Below, in pieces: positions 9,401 to 17,965 of a stretch of 38,495 nt of DNA (the first letter of the stretch is position 1; each line of letters begins with the position of its first letter). Where the stretch lies: IMG/VR virus record IMGVR_UViG_3300016649_000189, positions 1 to 38,495 of that record; one strand, given 5' to 3'. The DNA comes from a virus (taxonomy: Duplodnaviria; Caudoviricetes). Made by a program: the position numbers and the translations under genes. The notes beneath the pieces are model-generated. The model was not told where the DNA came from. It saw only the letters and a list, made by a program, of their open reading frames with translations, and searched no databases.

Positions 9401-11799
9401 ATGCCATTGCCAAACACGGAACGGAGCGCAACCAGCTTATCGCCCAAAGAACCCCTGAGCTTGCCGGACGTGGAAGCGGCCTGACCGATGCCCAGATCAA
9501 GTCCATTCTGGAGACAGAGATCCCAGAGGATGTCAGGGCAAGGATGGAGCCTGCAAGGCAGAGGCTTGTGGAGATGAGCAGACGGGCCTTGGCCGACAGG
9601 CTTGCCGGAGGGCTGATCAATCGGGAGACTTATGATCTCCTGACCACCCGCTTTCAGGATTATGTGCCGCTTCGTGGCAAGGAGGGCGGGACTGAGTTCG
9701 AGAGGATGGAGGGAACAGGAACAGGGTTTGATGTCAGGGGCAGGGAGATCAGGAGGGCGGAGGGTCGGGAAAGTCTGCCAACGGATGTGGTGGCCTATGC
9801 CATCATGCAGTCCACCGACTCCATCATCAGGGCCGAAAAGAACGCAGTCATGCAGACAGCCGCCCGATTTGCCGAAGCCTACCCAGACAACGGTGTGATT
9901 GAGAAAGTTGGCAGGGGCGAGCTAATGCGTACCTACGGCATCGAGACGGATGACGGGACGATCTACCGGAGATTCGTGGATGAAACCCTCCGTAATGCGC
10001 CCAATATAATTTCCTACAAGGCGGACGGGGTTGAGAACTACCTCCGTATAAACGATCCCAAGCTGGCCGATATTATGAAGAACAGGGCCAGCCCCGTCCT
10101 TGGTTCGTTTGTGGAGAGACTGGCCTCCCTGAACCGCTACTTTGCTTTCATCAACACGCAGGCCAGCCCTGAGTTCATAATCTCCAACTTCGCAAGGGAT
10201 CTCCAGACGGCTTTGGTCAACATCAACCAGAACGATGCCAAGGGGCTTGCAACCGATCTGGTTAAGAATATCCCAGCCAGCCTGAAGGCCACCTTCAGAG
10301 CGGAGCTTGGAACGCCGGAGGCAAACAACCGCATGGATCTCTTCTATAATGAGTTTAAGCGGGAGGGCGGAAGGATGACCTTCTTCGGCCTTAAGGACTT
10401 TGCCACCCTCCAGAAGCAGATCCAAAAGGAAGTGGCTAGGGGTGGAAGCAACTCGGCAACGAGGGTGTTTGGCAAGGCCTTGGACTTTGTGGGCAAGGCC
10501 AACTCAGCCGTTGAGAACGCAACCCGTCTTGCCACCTATGCCACCCTTCGGGAGCGTGGCTACACGCCCAAGCAGTCTGCTTATGCGGCCCGTAACATCA
10601 CGGTCAATTTCACCCGCAAGGGAACGGCAGGGCCGCTCCTTAATTCCTTCTATCTCTTCTTTAACGCAAACATCCAAGGCTCCGCCCGAATCATTCAAGC
10701 CCTAGCCACAAGCAAGAAGGCCCAGAGGATCATGCTTGGGGTGATGGCCTTCGGGTTCTTCAGGGACATCCTCAATCGCATCCTTGGAGGCGAGGATGAA
10801 ACTGGCGTTCCTTTCTACGACAAGATTCCCGAATACACCCGCAGGCAGAACTTCGTTTTAATGAACCCGCTCCGGCAGGGAACGGGAGAGTATGTGAAGT
10901 TTCCTATGCCCTACGGATATTCCGTCTTTGATTACGCAGGACAGCTTATGGCCAGCGTCATGCCGAAGGAAATCTTGGGCGGCGGGATGAAGCCAAGTAA
11001 GGCGGCATTCAGATTATCAATGGCGGCGGTGGATAACTTTAATCCAATCGGGGGTTCATACCATATTCTGCAAGCCGTCTCCCCAACCATTATGACACCC
11101 TTGACCGACCTTGCCCTCAACATGGATTTCTCCGGCAGGCCGATTATGCCGACTCCCAATCCGTTTGACCCAACCCCTCCGCCGGATTCCCAGAGATATT
11201 GGAACAATGTGAGCCCCGTCAGCAAATGGGTGACGGAGAAGATCAACGAGATTACGGGCGGAAGCAAGGCGAGGGCCGGAGCGGTGGATGTCAGCCCAGA
11301 AACCTTGGATTATGCGGTGGAGTTTCTGTCTGGGGCCGTTGGCAAGTTTGGCGAGAGACTGGTTACGTTGCCGTTCAGGGGCATGGCGGCGGCTCAAGGC
11401 GACCTTCCTCTGGAGGATCTTGTCGGGGAGATCCCGATGTATCGCAAGCTGAGTGGAAGGGTTCCAAGCTATGTTGATATATCCCGCTATCAGGAGATGA
11501 GGAGCGAAGTCCTAAAGATTTCCGAAGAGTTGAAGATTGCCCAGAAGGAGGGCGAGAGAGCCAAGGCCATAGAAATCAGGCGGGATGCCCAGCCGGAACT
11601 AAGAATGGTTGGATTTATAAAGTCCACGGAGCAACGCCTCAAGGAACTTCGCTCCGAAAGGCGCAGACTTCAGGAGGCCTACAAGCGCACCGAGAACGAG
11701 GCTGTCCTCAATAGGATCAGGGACAACCGTGAAAGGCAGAAGGAACTGATGCTTAAGGCCTTGGATAGATATAATTCGAGTGTTGACGATAAGATGTAA
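6424..11799 (+). CDS. Giant ejection / large polyvalent protein with ART-like, zincin (HExxH) and LPD38-like regions
   Basis: VFHGT...IWFS...AEIY...GFDGV (ART-PolyVal-like); HEYGH...ESEWFAQSF (zincin); C-terminal TVNFTRKG, YLFFNANIQG, VKFPMPYGY and N-D-F-S-G-R-P-I-type motifs (LPD38-like). Confidence 0.85.
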   Translation: MGLFYDILLEEEKKPEPVASSGGIFDDILAEPETGPDLVREDTVTQTPVREETVGQARTQAEEKPSGLFDDIVSDQQPQSSTPDLVPDEKLTPSQSAVARESLGRFAKGALVTGPAAIARTYGLVESAAGIPIQGEPYNFESTAGARIARGLEQAGERLYPTIPEAQGSFIPEVAGGLGQVSTIVAGGPIARAAGIPASVAPRAVAAGTGVVLGAGEGAQRASQAGAKPEEILTAGFLNGVTGLSEVFPAEKWIEKIDKATAGKFSRDVRRYFIEAGVEAGTEALQEAFQTTMGNLIAKGQYRPEQDVLEGAGKAALVGGTVGAIASGVIGGFGLSQARRNQDVATTEPQAESIQPDARMQAESIQPDVRPQAEVQPEVQAQPQQEGLQPFTEFQRPEEQAPRSGIETKVSDKDGNPLTVFHGTTQRFDKFKDGRIWFSADRNFAEIYKQDQPDGDVKELNVVIKNPKTFSSDNVGRSQWVETTDAGLKRDGFDGVLFLKPDGSIDDGYAFKGDQILIREPKKPALESPAAQERVTSQEITQPALTSFESPKDLERAFSDIGEGHRRFASRLSTMITFDAMTPEARDLILATIYDNNVNDEYLQQIEVGPLTRGARPAGRGGVVTQPVQGKPDAITGQVTSKGNKPFLGIRQGARLTSIKDRDFEFLDIFWHEYGHAGYYSLLTSDQKKLVSSEYKKTTRKGRSEFFLKGTARGLDRYADYYAKNESEWFAQSFSEWVITEKTSQTKLVPLFEKILQRLKNVFEKLFQRKNIESLSDIYEYILKGEAYGKKPLWSRWDMSRNPTDYDRPIKRIDRNFIKVQKRLDQKAGESRIDGQQFKNISQPESKPPSSIEPPSPPPTQPPASPEPQPNPMPKIPAGAKLKPYLDNFRRTFQDKFVDVENLQKGITKGQFELPDAVNIKQAEELYHGRTGERLTEFDENTARPLIEEISALNIGANLPWVKAIGDKYYKGRKNPDGSDRKFVPSRDIFDLYAIAKHGTERNQLIAQRTPELAGRGSGLTDAQIKSILETEIPEDVRARMEPARQRLVEMSRRALADRLAGGLINRETYDLLTTRFQDYVPLRGKEGGTEFERMEGTGTGFDVRGREIRRAEGRESLPTDVVAYAIMQSTDSIIRAEKNAVMQTAARFAEAYPDNGVIEKVGRGELMRTYGIETDDGTIYRRFVDETLRNAPNIISYKADGVENYLRINDPKLADIMKNRASPVLGSFVERLASLNRYFAFINTQASPEFIISNFARDLQTALVNINQNDAKGLATDLVKNIPASLKATFRAELGTPEANNRMDLFYNEFKREGGRMTFFGLKDFATLQKQIQKEVARGGSNSATRVFGKALDFVGKANSAVENATRLATYATLRERGYTPKQSAYAARNITVNFTRKGTAGPLLNSFYLFFNANIQGSARIIQALATSKKAQRIMLGVMAFGFFRDILNRILGGEDETGVPFYDKIPEYTRRQNFVLMNPLRQGTGEYVKFPMPYGYSVFDYAGQLMASVMPKEILGGGMKPSKAAFRLSMAAVDNFNPIGGSYHILQAVSPTIMTPLTDLALNMDFSGRPIMPTPNPFDPTPPPDSQRYWNNVSPVSKWVTEKINEITGGSKARAGAVDVSPETLDYAVEFLSGAVGKFGERLVTLPFRGMAAAQGDLPLEDLVGEIPMYRKLSGRVPSYVDISRYQEMRSEVLKISEELKIAQKEGERAKAIEIRRDAQPELRMVGFIKSTEQRLKELRSERRRLQEAYKRTENEAVLNRIRDNRERQKELMLKALDRYNSSVDDKM
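7471..7570 (+). repeat. In-frame degenerate 33-bp tandem repeat (QAESIQPDARM / QAESIQPDVRP / QAEVQPEVQAQ)
   Basis: CAGGCTGAA(TCYA/G)TTCAGCCGGA occurs three times in the linker. Confidence 0.85.
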
Positions 11800-11827
11800 C
11801 AAGCCTACACAAGAGGCGTGAACCCAA

Positions 11828-12205
11828 GTGAAATTGTCCAACAGGCAGATCGGGGCGGTAGGCGTATCGAGGGTGGCCTCCGCCCTTTTCCGGCTTGGGT
11901 ATTCCGTGTTGGCCCCGCTGGAGGATTTTGCTGGATATGATTTGGTGGCCGAAAAGAAGGGGAGGTTTATCAGGATTCAAGTCAAAACCTCTGAGCGCAA
12001 AGATCCACGCCGGAACAGGTATGGGTTTATGACGGCCAAGGGATGCACGATAAAGAAGTCCTATAAGCAGGGCGTGGATGTCTTTGTTTTATGGGGTGCT
12101 GACGATGATATGTTTTGGGTGGCAAAGCCGAAGGACTGCAAGGCTCGTAACTTCAAGGCCAACTTAAGGACTGGCTCCAGTTGGAGGATCTTGGGCGACC
12201 TATGA
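11828..12205 (+). CDS. Free-standing PD-(D/E)XK endonuclease (PDDEXK_5 / group I intron-associated type)
   Basis: IGAVG...GYSVLAP...YDLVAE...RIQVKTS motif. Confidence 0.8.
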   Translation: MKLSNRQIGAVGVSRVASALFRLGYSVLAPLEDFAGYDLVAEKKGRFIRIQVKTSERKDPRRNRYGFMTAKGCTIKKSYKQGVDVFVLWGADDDMFWVAKPKDCKARNFKANLRTGSSWRILGDL

Positions 12206-12324
12206 GCGAGGCTGTTGAGATTCAAAACGATTTAGGTTGGGTGGATCAAACCATTCACCTCGCAGGCGGCTGGACATGGGTTCGCCAGTCGCTTGCGTCA
12301 ATTTCAACAAAGGAGGATGAATGA
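12202..12324 (+). CDS. Small hypothetical protein (40 aa, MSEAVEIQNDLGW...)
   Basis: Not in the ORF track; ATGA overlaps at both ends and a GGAGG upstream. Confidence 0.55.
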   Translation: MSEAVEIQNDLGWVDQTIHLAGGWTWVRQSLASISTKEDE

Positions 12325-13055
12325 GCAGATCGGTGACTGACGGCCTCGCAAGGGGCTTATCGTGGTTCAAGAATATCGTGGTTCCGGTGACGGAGGAGAA
12401 GAAGCCGGAGGCCAAGAAGAGCGATAAACCCAAAGACAAGCCCAACTATACGACCTACCACGGATGGCTTCCACCGGAGGATCTGGTTCAGAAGATCGTC
12501 TTCTTTGAGGTTGGCTCCATCAGGTATTACAACAAGTACCTGACTACTCCGCTTTCTCCGCTTAACGATGCCTCCGGCCTGACCATCGGGGTTGGCTATG
12601 ACCTTGGCTACAACACCGCAGAGGATATCCGCCGAGATTGGCAGGGGTTCATCCCCAGCGAGGATATTGAAAAGCTGGCCTCAGTCGCAGGCCTAAAGGG
12701 AGACAATGCCAAGAGGATGCACCGGAGCGTGGTGAGCGTGAACATCCCCTACGAGGTGGCCATGAAGCAGTTTATGAAGGTGACTCTACCACGCTGGATT
12801 ATGAAGGCCTACCAGCTTTGGCCCAACTTCGACTCCTTAAACCCTCGGCAAAAGACGGCCTTGGTAAGCCTGACCTTTAACAGGGGAACCAGTCTTGAGG
12901 GGCAGAGCAGAGTAGAGATGAAGGAGGTTCGGGATCTTCTTCAGCGTGGAAATGTCCGTCCCATCGCTGGCCTGATCAAAAGCATGGCCCGCAGGAGCCC
13001 CATCAAGGGCGTTCAGGCTAGGCGGGTGGCTGAATCTGAGTTGTTCGCAAGCTAA
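12321..13055 (+). CDS. Endolysin, lysozyme-like muramidase (pesticin C-terminal / GH24-like)
   Basis: FFEVG...SGLTIGVGYDLG, ALVSLTFNRG, ARRVAESELF; AAAGGAGG RBS. Confidence 0.85.
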   Translation: MSRSVTDGLARGLSWFKNIVVPVTEEKKPEAKKSDKPKDKPNYTTYHGWLPPEDLVQKIVFFEVGSIRYYNKYLTTPLSPLNDASGLTIGVGYDLGYNTAEDIRRDWQGFIPSEDIEKLASVAGLKGDNAKRMHRSVVSVNIPYEVAMKQFMKVTLPRWIMKAYQLWPNFDSLNPRQKTALVSLTFNRGTSLEGQSRVEMKEVRDLLQRGNVRPIAGLIKSMARRSPIKGVQARRVAESELFAS

Positions 13056-13260
13056 GAAAACAATTCCCAAACACAACTTTTACAAGTTGTTGTCGTATCG
13101 GTGTAAGTCATTATCTAGGAGAAACTTACGCAATGCTTCTAAGTGCTTGTTAGATGGTCTTTACAGAGAGAATCAGCCTCGTTGTGGTTGCATCCTGCTA
13201 CTTGTGGTAACATAAGGGAGCCATTTTTAGGGGTAAAACCTGACATTTCCCCGACACTCA
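13056..13260. other. Candidate attP region
   Basis: At the integrase 3' end: inverted repeats ACAACTT-N4-AAGTTGT (13073-13090) and GTAAGT-N15-ACTTAC (13103-13129), plus direct repeats CCTGACA/CCCGACA (13239, 13250). Confidence 0.45.
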
Positions 13261-14302
13261 CCAAAGTCAGGGTTTCCTTCATCTGACCCTTCTCGATATG
13301 GGCATATTCCTTATGGACAGCTTCGGTATGACCGATGATGGCCGAGGCAATCCGCTCAGGAATGCCATGCTTCAGCAGGCGTGAAGCCAAGGTGTGCCGG
13401 AGCCAATGGAAAGTGGCCGTGGGGATTCCGGCTTTGATGGCGGCGTTCTGGAAGTGATAGGCCAGCTTGTGTTTGTTGACATTGGATGGCGGGAACCCGT
13501 CTTCTGAAAGCCCCTTCAGGTACTGCTCAAGCTCATCACTCATCACCTTCTCCATTACCACCCCGCCACGCTTAAGATCCTTAATCCTGACGCAGGGGAC
13601 ATCCTTGCCGTCCAGCTTGGTGTTGCCGAAGGAGAGCGTTTCGGGCCTGACTTGGATGGCCTCGGAGATTCTGGCTCCGGTGTGAATGCCAATCATAGCG
13701 CAGGTAAGGGGCCACTTGAGCCTGTTTTCCGAGAGGGCTTTAAACAGTCTTTCGGCCTCGTCATCGCTCAAAGCCCTTCGCTCCAAGCGGGGCTCCATGT
13801 CCCCCTTTAGCTTCTTGCGGTTCATCTTGTGGAAGAACTGCGTCTGGGTGTAGTTCTTCTTTTTGCAGAAATCCCAGAAAGACCCGCAGGAACCGAAGAT
13901 GGTTCGCTTGGTCTTATAGCCCATGTCGCTCTCGTTGAGCCTTGCGATGATACCGAGGATGTCCGCCTCGGTGACATGGCCCACCATCTTTGCAAATAAC
14001 GCCTCCCCGAAGAAACGGGGTACGAAGGACTGGCGGAACTTCCAAGTCCCCTCGCTGGATATCTTCCTATCTTCGCCGCTCCATTCCAAGAAGGCCTCGG
14101 AAACAAGGAGCTTTGGGGTGTATTGGTCGCCTGTTTTCTGGCAGAGAAGACGCTCTTGCAGGTCGGCCAGCATCCTTAAGGCTCTGGGCGGTGGGTTGGG
14201 GCCATCGGCCTTCATGTGGGTGGACTTCATGTGCCACTTACCACCCTCGTTCCAGCTAAGAGCCCATATCTTTCCCCGCAGGGTTAGCCTGCCGGAGATC
14301 AT
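13139..14302 (-). CDS. int: Tyrosine recombinase / integrase
   Basis: Catalytic motifs HTGARISE, FHWLRHT, IIGH and EYAH; N-terminal arm-binding-like strand region. Confidence 0.93.
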   Translation of the reverse strand: MISGRLTLRGKIWALSWNEGGKWHMKSTHMKADGPNPPPRALRMLADLQERLLCQKTGDQYTPKLLVSEAFLEWSGEDRKISSEGTWKFRQSFVPRFFGEALFAKMVGHVTEADILGIIARLNESDMGYKTKRTIFGSCGSFWDFCKKKNYTQTQFFHKMNRKKLKGDMEPRLERRALSDDEAERLFKALSENRLKWPLTCAMIGIHTGARISEAIQVRPETLSFGNTKLDGKDVPCVRIKDLKRGGVVMEKVMSDELEQYLKGLSEDGFPPSNVNKHKLAYHFQNAAIKAGIPTATFHWLRHTLASRLLKHGIPERIASAIIGHTEAVHKEYAHIEKGQMKETLTLVSVGEMSGFTPKNGSLMLPQVAGCNHNEADSLCKDHLTST

Positions 14303-14580
14303 TGGACGTATTTCTTCAAGTCCCTTCCACGAAGGACAATCTCCGGCGTGTGGGTGGCCCCCATCTGAATCATGTTGTAAATGGAATCAATCGCCTCGAT
14401 GACAACCCGATTGGCCGAATAGGAGAGGCACTTGGTTAGCCATTCAAGACGCTCTCTGGTTTCCTTGGGGGCTCGGAATCCGATGTTCTCCGCATAGATC
14501 GGCCCCTTTTTCTTCTTGGGGGCTCGGAATCCCATGCCGGAGTAGTCTGGATTAGGGTTGGTTTTTGGATTTGGGCTCAT
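14299..14580 (-). CDS. Probable ribbon-helix-helix repressor
   Basis: NIGFRAPKETRERLEWLTKCLSYSANRVVIEAI fits the strand-helix-helix pattern; coupled to int and divergent from the Xis-like gene. Confidence 0.6.
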   Translation of the reverse strand: MSPNPKTNPNPDYSGMGFRAPKKKKGPIYAENIGFRAPKETRERLEWLTKCLSYSANRVVIEAIDSIYNMIQMGATHTPEIVLRGRDLKKYVQ

Positions 14581-14737
14581 GGCTACAAGCTACGCAGTAG
14601 TAGCATTCGGTAGCAAGGCTTATTACATACTATTAGAAAAGCATACCAAGGCCATTAGAATAGCTAATTATTATTCTGGCCTGTCTTTTTCTTGTTGTAA
14701 GAAGCAAAGGCAATCACTAGAGCTTGCGTCACCCAAC
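14581..14737. promoter_or_regulatory. Divergent immunity/switch region with GCTAC operator-like repeats
   Basis: Minus-strand TTGCTA-N18-TAGCTT ends 6 nt before the repressor ATG; GCTAC occurs twice and GTAGC twice in 14582-14614. Confidence 0.55.
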
Positions 14738-14971
14738 ATGAGTAATCCGAGTTCAGAGTGGATGACGAAGGAAGATGTGGCTCGGATGCTGGGGATCAAG
14801 CCGGAGAGTGCGAAGGTGTGGATGTGGCGCATGGGGGTGAAGAGGGCCAAGGGCAATTCCCGTTTTACCCACCGAAGCTGGGTTGAGCAAGCCATGAAGA
14901 ATGGCAAAAAAAATTTCAAGCCGAGGACTGAATCTGTCCTACCCCGCTCCGTAGATTCGGAGAATGATTAA
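14738..14971 (+). CDS. Excisionase/Cox-like HTH protein
   Basis: WMTKEDVARMLGIKPESAKVW helix-turn-helix; first gene of the rightward operon. Confidence 0.7.
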   Translation: MSNPSSEWMTKEDVARMLGIKPESAKVWMWRMGVKRAKGNSRFTHRSWVEQAMKNGKKNFKPRTESVLPRSVDSEND

Positions 14972-15002
14972 ACTAAAACTCATCAACCAAGGAGAACCCA
15001 CC

Positions 15003-15728
15003 ATGAATCAACCGCAGTTAAAAACAATCGAGCCGATGGCAACGCATGAGGTGTTGCAGTCTGGCGAGATCAATGAAATTGGAAAAGCCCTTCGGGGTGT
15101 GCAGGCCTCGCTGACTCCCGTGGTTAAGCGAAGCCAGAATCCCTATTTCAAAAGCAAGTATGCGACATTGGAAAATGTGTGGGAGGCGGTCAAAGAACCA
15201 TTGTCATCCAACGGCCTAGCGGTGACTCAGGTTCCATGTGGCCAGTATCTTGTCACAACCATTATCCATTCTTCCGGCCAGTTTATTCGTGGATTTTACC
15301 CGCTTGGAGAGCTTGCCGATGACCCGCAGAAGCTCGCTTCAAAAATCACCTATGCCCGTAGGTATAGCCTTTCGGGAATGGTGGGGATCGTATTTCAGGA
15401 TGAGGATGATGATGGCAACTACGCAAGCAACCGGATCACGGCGAAGCCTGAGCCTGTTTCCAGCTCCAAGGTGATTCCGATGGAAAGACCCTCCTCGGAT
15501 TACAAGGCCAGCGAAGCCGCCGAGATCATAGAGAAGTGGATGCTTGCAAATTCATCCTATAAGGCTGAACAGCTTTTGGATTTCCTGTCGTATAAGGGCT
15601 ACAAGTTTGACGAGGAAGATGTGATGGGCGATCCGCTCCGGCTCCCTGAAAATGTGCTGAAAGAGGTGGCCTCCAAGATCAACAAGCTGACTCCGGCCAT
15701 AAAGAAGTGGCTGACCTCGAAAGCGTAA
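15003..15728 (+). CDS. erf: ERF-family ssDNA annealing protein
   Basis: NPYFKSKYATLE, DPQKLASKITYARRYSL, DEDDDGN; AAGGAG RBS. Confidence 0.92.
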   Translation: MNQPQLKTIEPMATHEVLQSGEINEIGKALRGVQASLTPVVKRSQNPYFKSKYATLENVWEAVKEPLSSNGLAVTQVPCGQYLVTTIIHSSGQFIRGFYPLGELADDPQKLASKITYARRYSLSGMVGIVFQDEDDDGNYASNRITAKPEPVSSSKVIPMERPSSDYKASEAAEIIEKWMLANSSYKAEQLLDFLSYKGYKFDEEDVMGDPLRLPENVLKEVASKINKLTPAIKKWLTSKA

Positions 15729-15742
15729 GAGGCTCGAATAAT

Positions 15743-16546
15743 ATGCCAAAAGGGATAAAGAAACAGAGGAAGGCTGATGCGGTTCAGATTGTTGGCGAAA
15801 CCCCAAAGTTTGCCATAGGTGACTTATCTCCCTTCATAACCAAGCGTCTTGAGTGCTATGACCTTGTTCCGCCCCAGAAGGAGCATCGTATTGTTAAGCT
15901 GATTCTGGACGAGCCCCATCAGAAATACTTCCTCAAATGCGGGACGGAGGTGGATGGAACCACAAGGGCATTAAAGTATATCCCCAAGGAAGCCCTGATG
16001 GGATGGGCTTACAAGTTAGGCAAGCAGGGCAAGGACATGAGGCTTGAGTCCGGCAATGCCGCCAAGATTGGAACCATTGCCCACTTCCTTTGCCAATGCG
16101 ACCTGATGGGCTGGGAGCCTGATCTATCCGAATGCGATGGGATTCTGGTCAGGTCTGCCCAGACGGCATTCAAGGCCTATCGGGAATGGTGGGCGCAGGC
16201 AGGGCTTCGCCCCATTGCCGTTGAGAAACAGCTTGTGTCACATTGTTACCGCTTCGGCGGAACCATTGATCTTATCGCAGTTGATAAGCACGAGGAACTG
16301 ACCCTCGTGGACTTCAAAACAAGTAGTGGGTTGTGGCCCGAATACTCCTATCAGGTGGCGGCTTATGCCGAGCTTTGGCAGGAGAACTTCAGGAGGCTTC
16401 CCATTCAACACCTGCTCCTTGTCAGAATCGACAAGGAAACAGGTGAATATGAAACCAAGCAAATATCCGAGTGGAAGAGATACTGGGAGGTCTATGTGGC
16501 CCTTCTGCGTCTCGCCAAGCGGGTCAAGGATGCCTCGGCCAAGTAA
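15743..16546 (+). CDS. PD-(D/E)XK exonuclease (Cas4/RecB-like)
   Basis: GTIAH, AVEKQL, FGGTIDLI, LVDFKTS and YQVAAY motifs. Confidence 0.88.
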   Translation: MPKGIKKQRKADAVQIVGETPKFAIGDLSPFITKRLECYDLVPPQKEHRIVKLILDEPHQKYFLKCGTEVDGTTRALKYIPKEALMGWAYKLGKQGKDMRLESGNAAKIGTIAHFLCQCDLMGWEPDLSECDGILVRSAQTAFKAYREWWAQAGLRPIAVEKQLVSHCYRFGGTIDLIAVDKHEELTLVDFKTSSGLWPEYSYQVAAYAELWQENFRRLPIQHLLLVRIDKETGEYETKQISEWKRYWEVYVALLRLAKRVKDASAK

Positions 16547-16581
16547 GCGTAACAAGCAAACATAACCGAGGACACATATAT

Positions 16582-16815
16582 ATGGCATACGAACCCAGAG
16601 AGGGATCAGGAGTCCTGTTCCCAGAAAAAGAAAAGAAGAGTGAAAAGAGCCCTGATTTCAAGGGCAACATCCTCATCGGAGGGAAGCCCCTCCGGCTCGC
16701 AGGGTGGAAGAAGGTCGGCAAGCGTGGGCCGTTTCTTTCCCTTAGCGTGGACAACAAGCCGAAGAATCCCAGCACATCAAAGGTGGATGAAGCCGATGAT
16801 GACTTGGGCTTCTAA
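16582..16815 (+). CDS. Small ssDNA-binding-like protein (DUF736-like)
   Basis: SPDFKGNI...LAGWKK...FLSLSV, acidic tail DDDLGF; follows ERF and exonuclease. Confidence 0.7.
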   Translation: MAYEPREGSGVLFPEKEKKSEKSPDFKGNILIGGKPLRLAGWKKVGKRGPFLSLSVDNKPKNPSTSKVDEADDDLGF

Positions 16816-16897
16816 ATAAAAAAGGGAAGGCGGGGCATAGTGCTGGTGGATGGCTCCAGACGAAGTTCATTAAACACCCGTCCTTTCTCTTCCAACC

Positions 16898-17302
16898 ATG
16901 AAACCAAGGGAAAAATTTCTTCTGCTATGGAAAGCCAACGGAGGCCCGAAGCTCGATGAGGAACACAAGTTCCACACGAAGAGACGCTGGAAGCACGACT
17001 TCTTCATCGCTGATTCGCCAAGAGGCTCGGTGGCAATCGAGATTGAGGGAGGTATCTGGCTTGGAAGGTTTGCTCGGCACACGAATCCGGCTGGTTACTG
17101 GCGGGACTGCGAGAAGTACAACGAATCTCTTCTCCTTGGAAACAAGGTCATTCGCCTTGCGGGGCCGCTGATCAATGATTGCTATATTGGACGACTGGTA
17201 CTTTGGCTCCGAGGAGGAGAACAACCTACCGCCGAGGGAATACAGCAAGCCCTTCGGAAAAAGCAACCCGCCAAGGATCGGGATAAGCGGACATCCCGAT
17301 GA
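16898..17302 (+). CDS. Phage endonuclease (DUF559/Vsr-like PD-(D/E)XK; possible resolvase)
   Basis: EHKFHTKRRWKHDF, AIEIEGGIW, RDCEKYN. Confidence 0.8.
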   Translation: MKPREKFLLLWKANGGPKLDEEHKFHTKRRWKHDFFIADSPRGSVAIEIEGGIWLGRFARHTNPAGYWRDCEKYNESLLLGNKVIRLAGPLINDCYIGRLVLWLRGGEQPTAEGIQQALRKKQPAKDRDKRTSR

Positions 17303-17952
17303 AACGAAATACACAAGGGCAATGGCGAAGGAGGACAAGAACAGGCTGGAGGCGTTTCTCGCCAAGAGAGGTCTTGCGAGTGTCGGGTACAATGACTGGT
17401 ACTGGACTTCTAAAACAGGTTTTACAAGGGGCCGAAGGTCTAATAAGCCGACACAAGGCTTGGGGATGGATGGTAAGCGAGACGGCTCTGGAAGAAGTGA
17501 TCGGAGTCCTAAAGGAAGCACGAAAAAAGCTAAAGGCTCCCGCCATCTACATAAGCGGCCCAATGACCGGACTTCCAAACCTAAACATGGAGGCATTTAA
17601 CAATGCAGAGGACAAATTACGCAAGGCGGGGTGGTCTGATATCCGCAATCCCGCTCGGCTCGCTGTCAACGAGTACGAAAACCTGCCGAGAAGTTTATAT
17701 CTTCGAGCGGATCTCCGGCAACTCTTGGACTGCCAAGCCGTCCTACTACTGCGTGGATGGCAACAAAGCAAGGGGGCTCGGCTCGAAGCTCTCATCGCTG
17801 ATGAAGTGGGTATCCGGCGTGTTTATGAAGAAAAACAAGAAACAAGATCAGACCATACGAAGCGTGTTAATCACGCCCTCCATCAAGCAATCCATCACAA
17901 GACACATGGTTGCTTGGGCGAAGGCGAAAAAACTGGAGATCAAACAAATTGA
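17299..17952 (+). CDS. DUF4406 (nucleoside deoxyribosyltransferase-like) protein; start uncertain
   Basis: IYISGPMTGLP...NPA...LLDCQAVLLLRGWQQSKGARLE. Confidence 0.8.
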   Translation: MKRNTQGQWRRRTRTGWRRFSPREVLRVSGTMTGTGLLKQVLQGAEGLISRHKAWGWMVSETALEEVIGVLKEARKKLKAPAIYISGPMTGLPNLNMEAFNNAEDKLRKAGWSDIRNPARLAVNEYENLPRSLYLRADLRQLLDCQAVLLLRGWQQSKGARLEALIADEVGIRRVYEEKQETRSDHTKRVNHALHQAIHHKTHGCLGEGEKTGDQTN

Positions 17953-17965
17953 GAAAGTTCCATGA
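17825..17965 (+). CDS. Small basic hypothetical protein (46 aa)
   Basis: Starts where the DUF4406 domain ends and has an ATGA overlap with the next gene. Confidence 0.4.
   Translation: MKKNKKQDQTIRSVLITPSIKQSITRHMVAWAKAKKLEIKQIEKVP

Noticed and set aside
15743-16546. Cas4 as evidence of a CRISPR system
   Set aside because: It sits between ERF and SSB-like genes and lacks the C-terminal Cys cluster, so it is best read as a recombination exonuclease.
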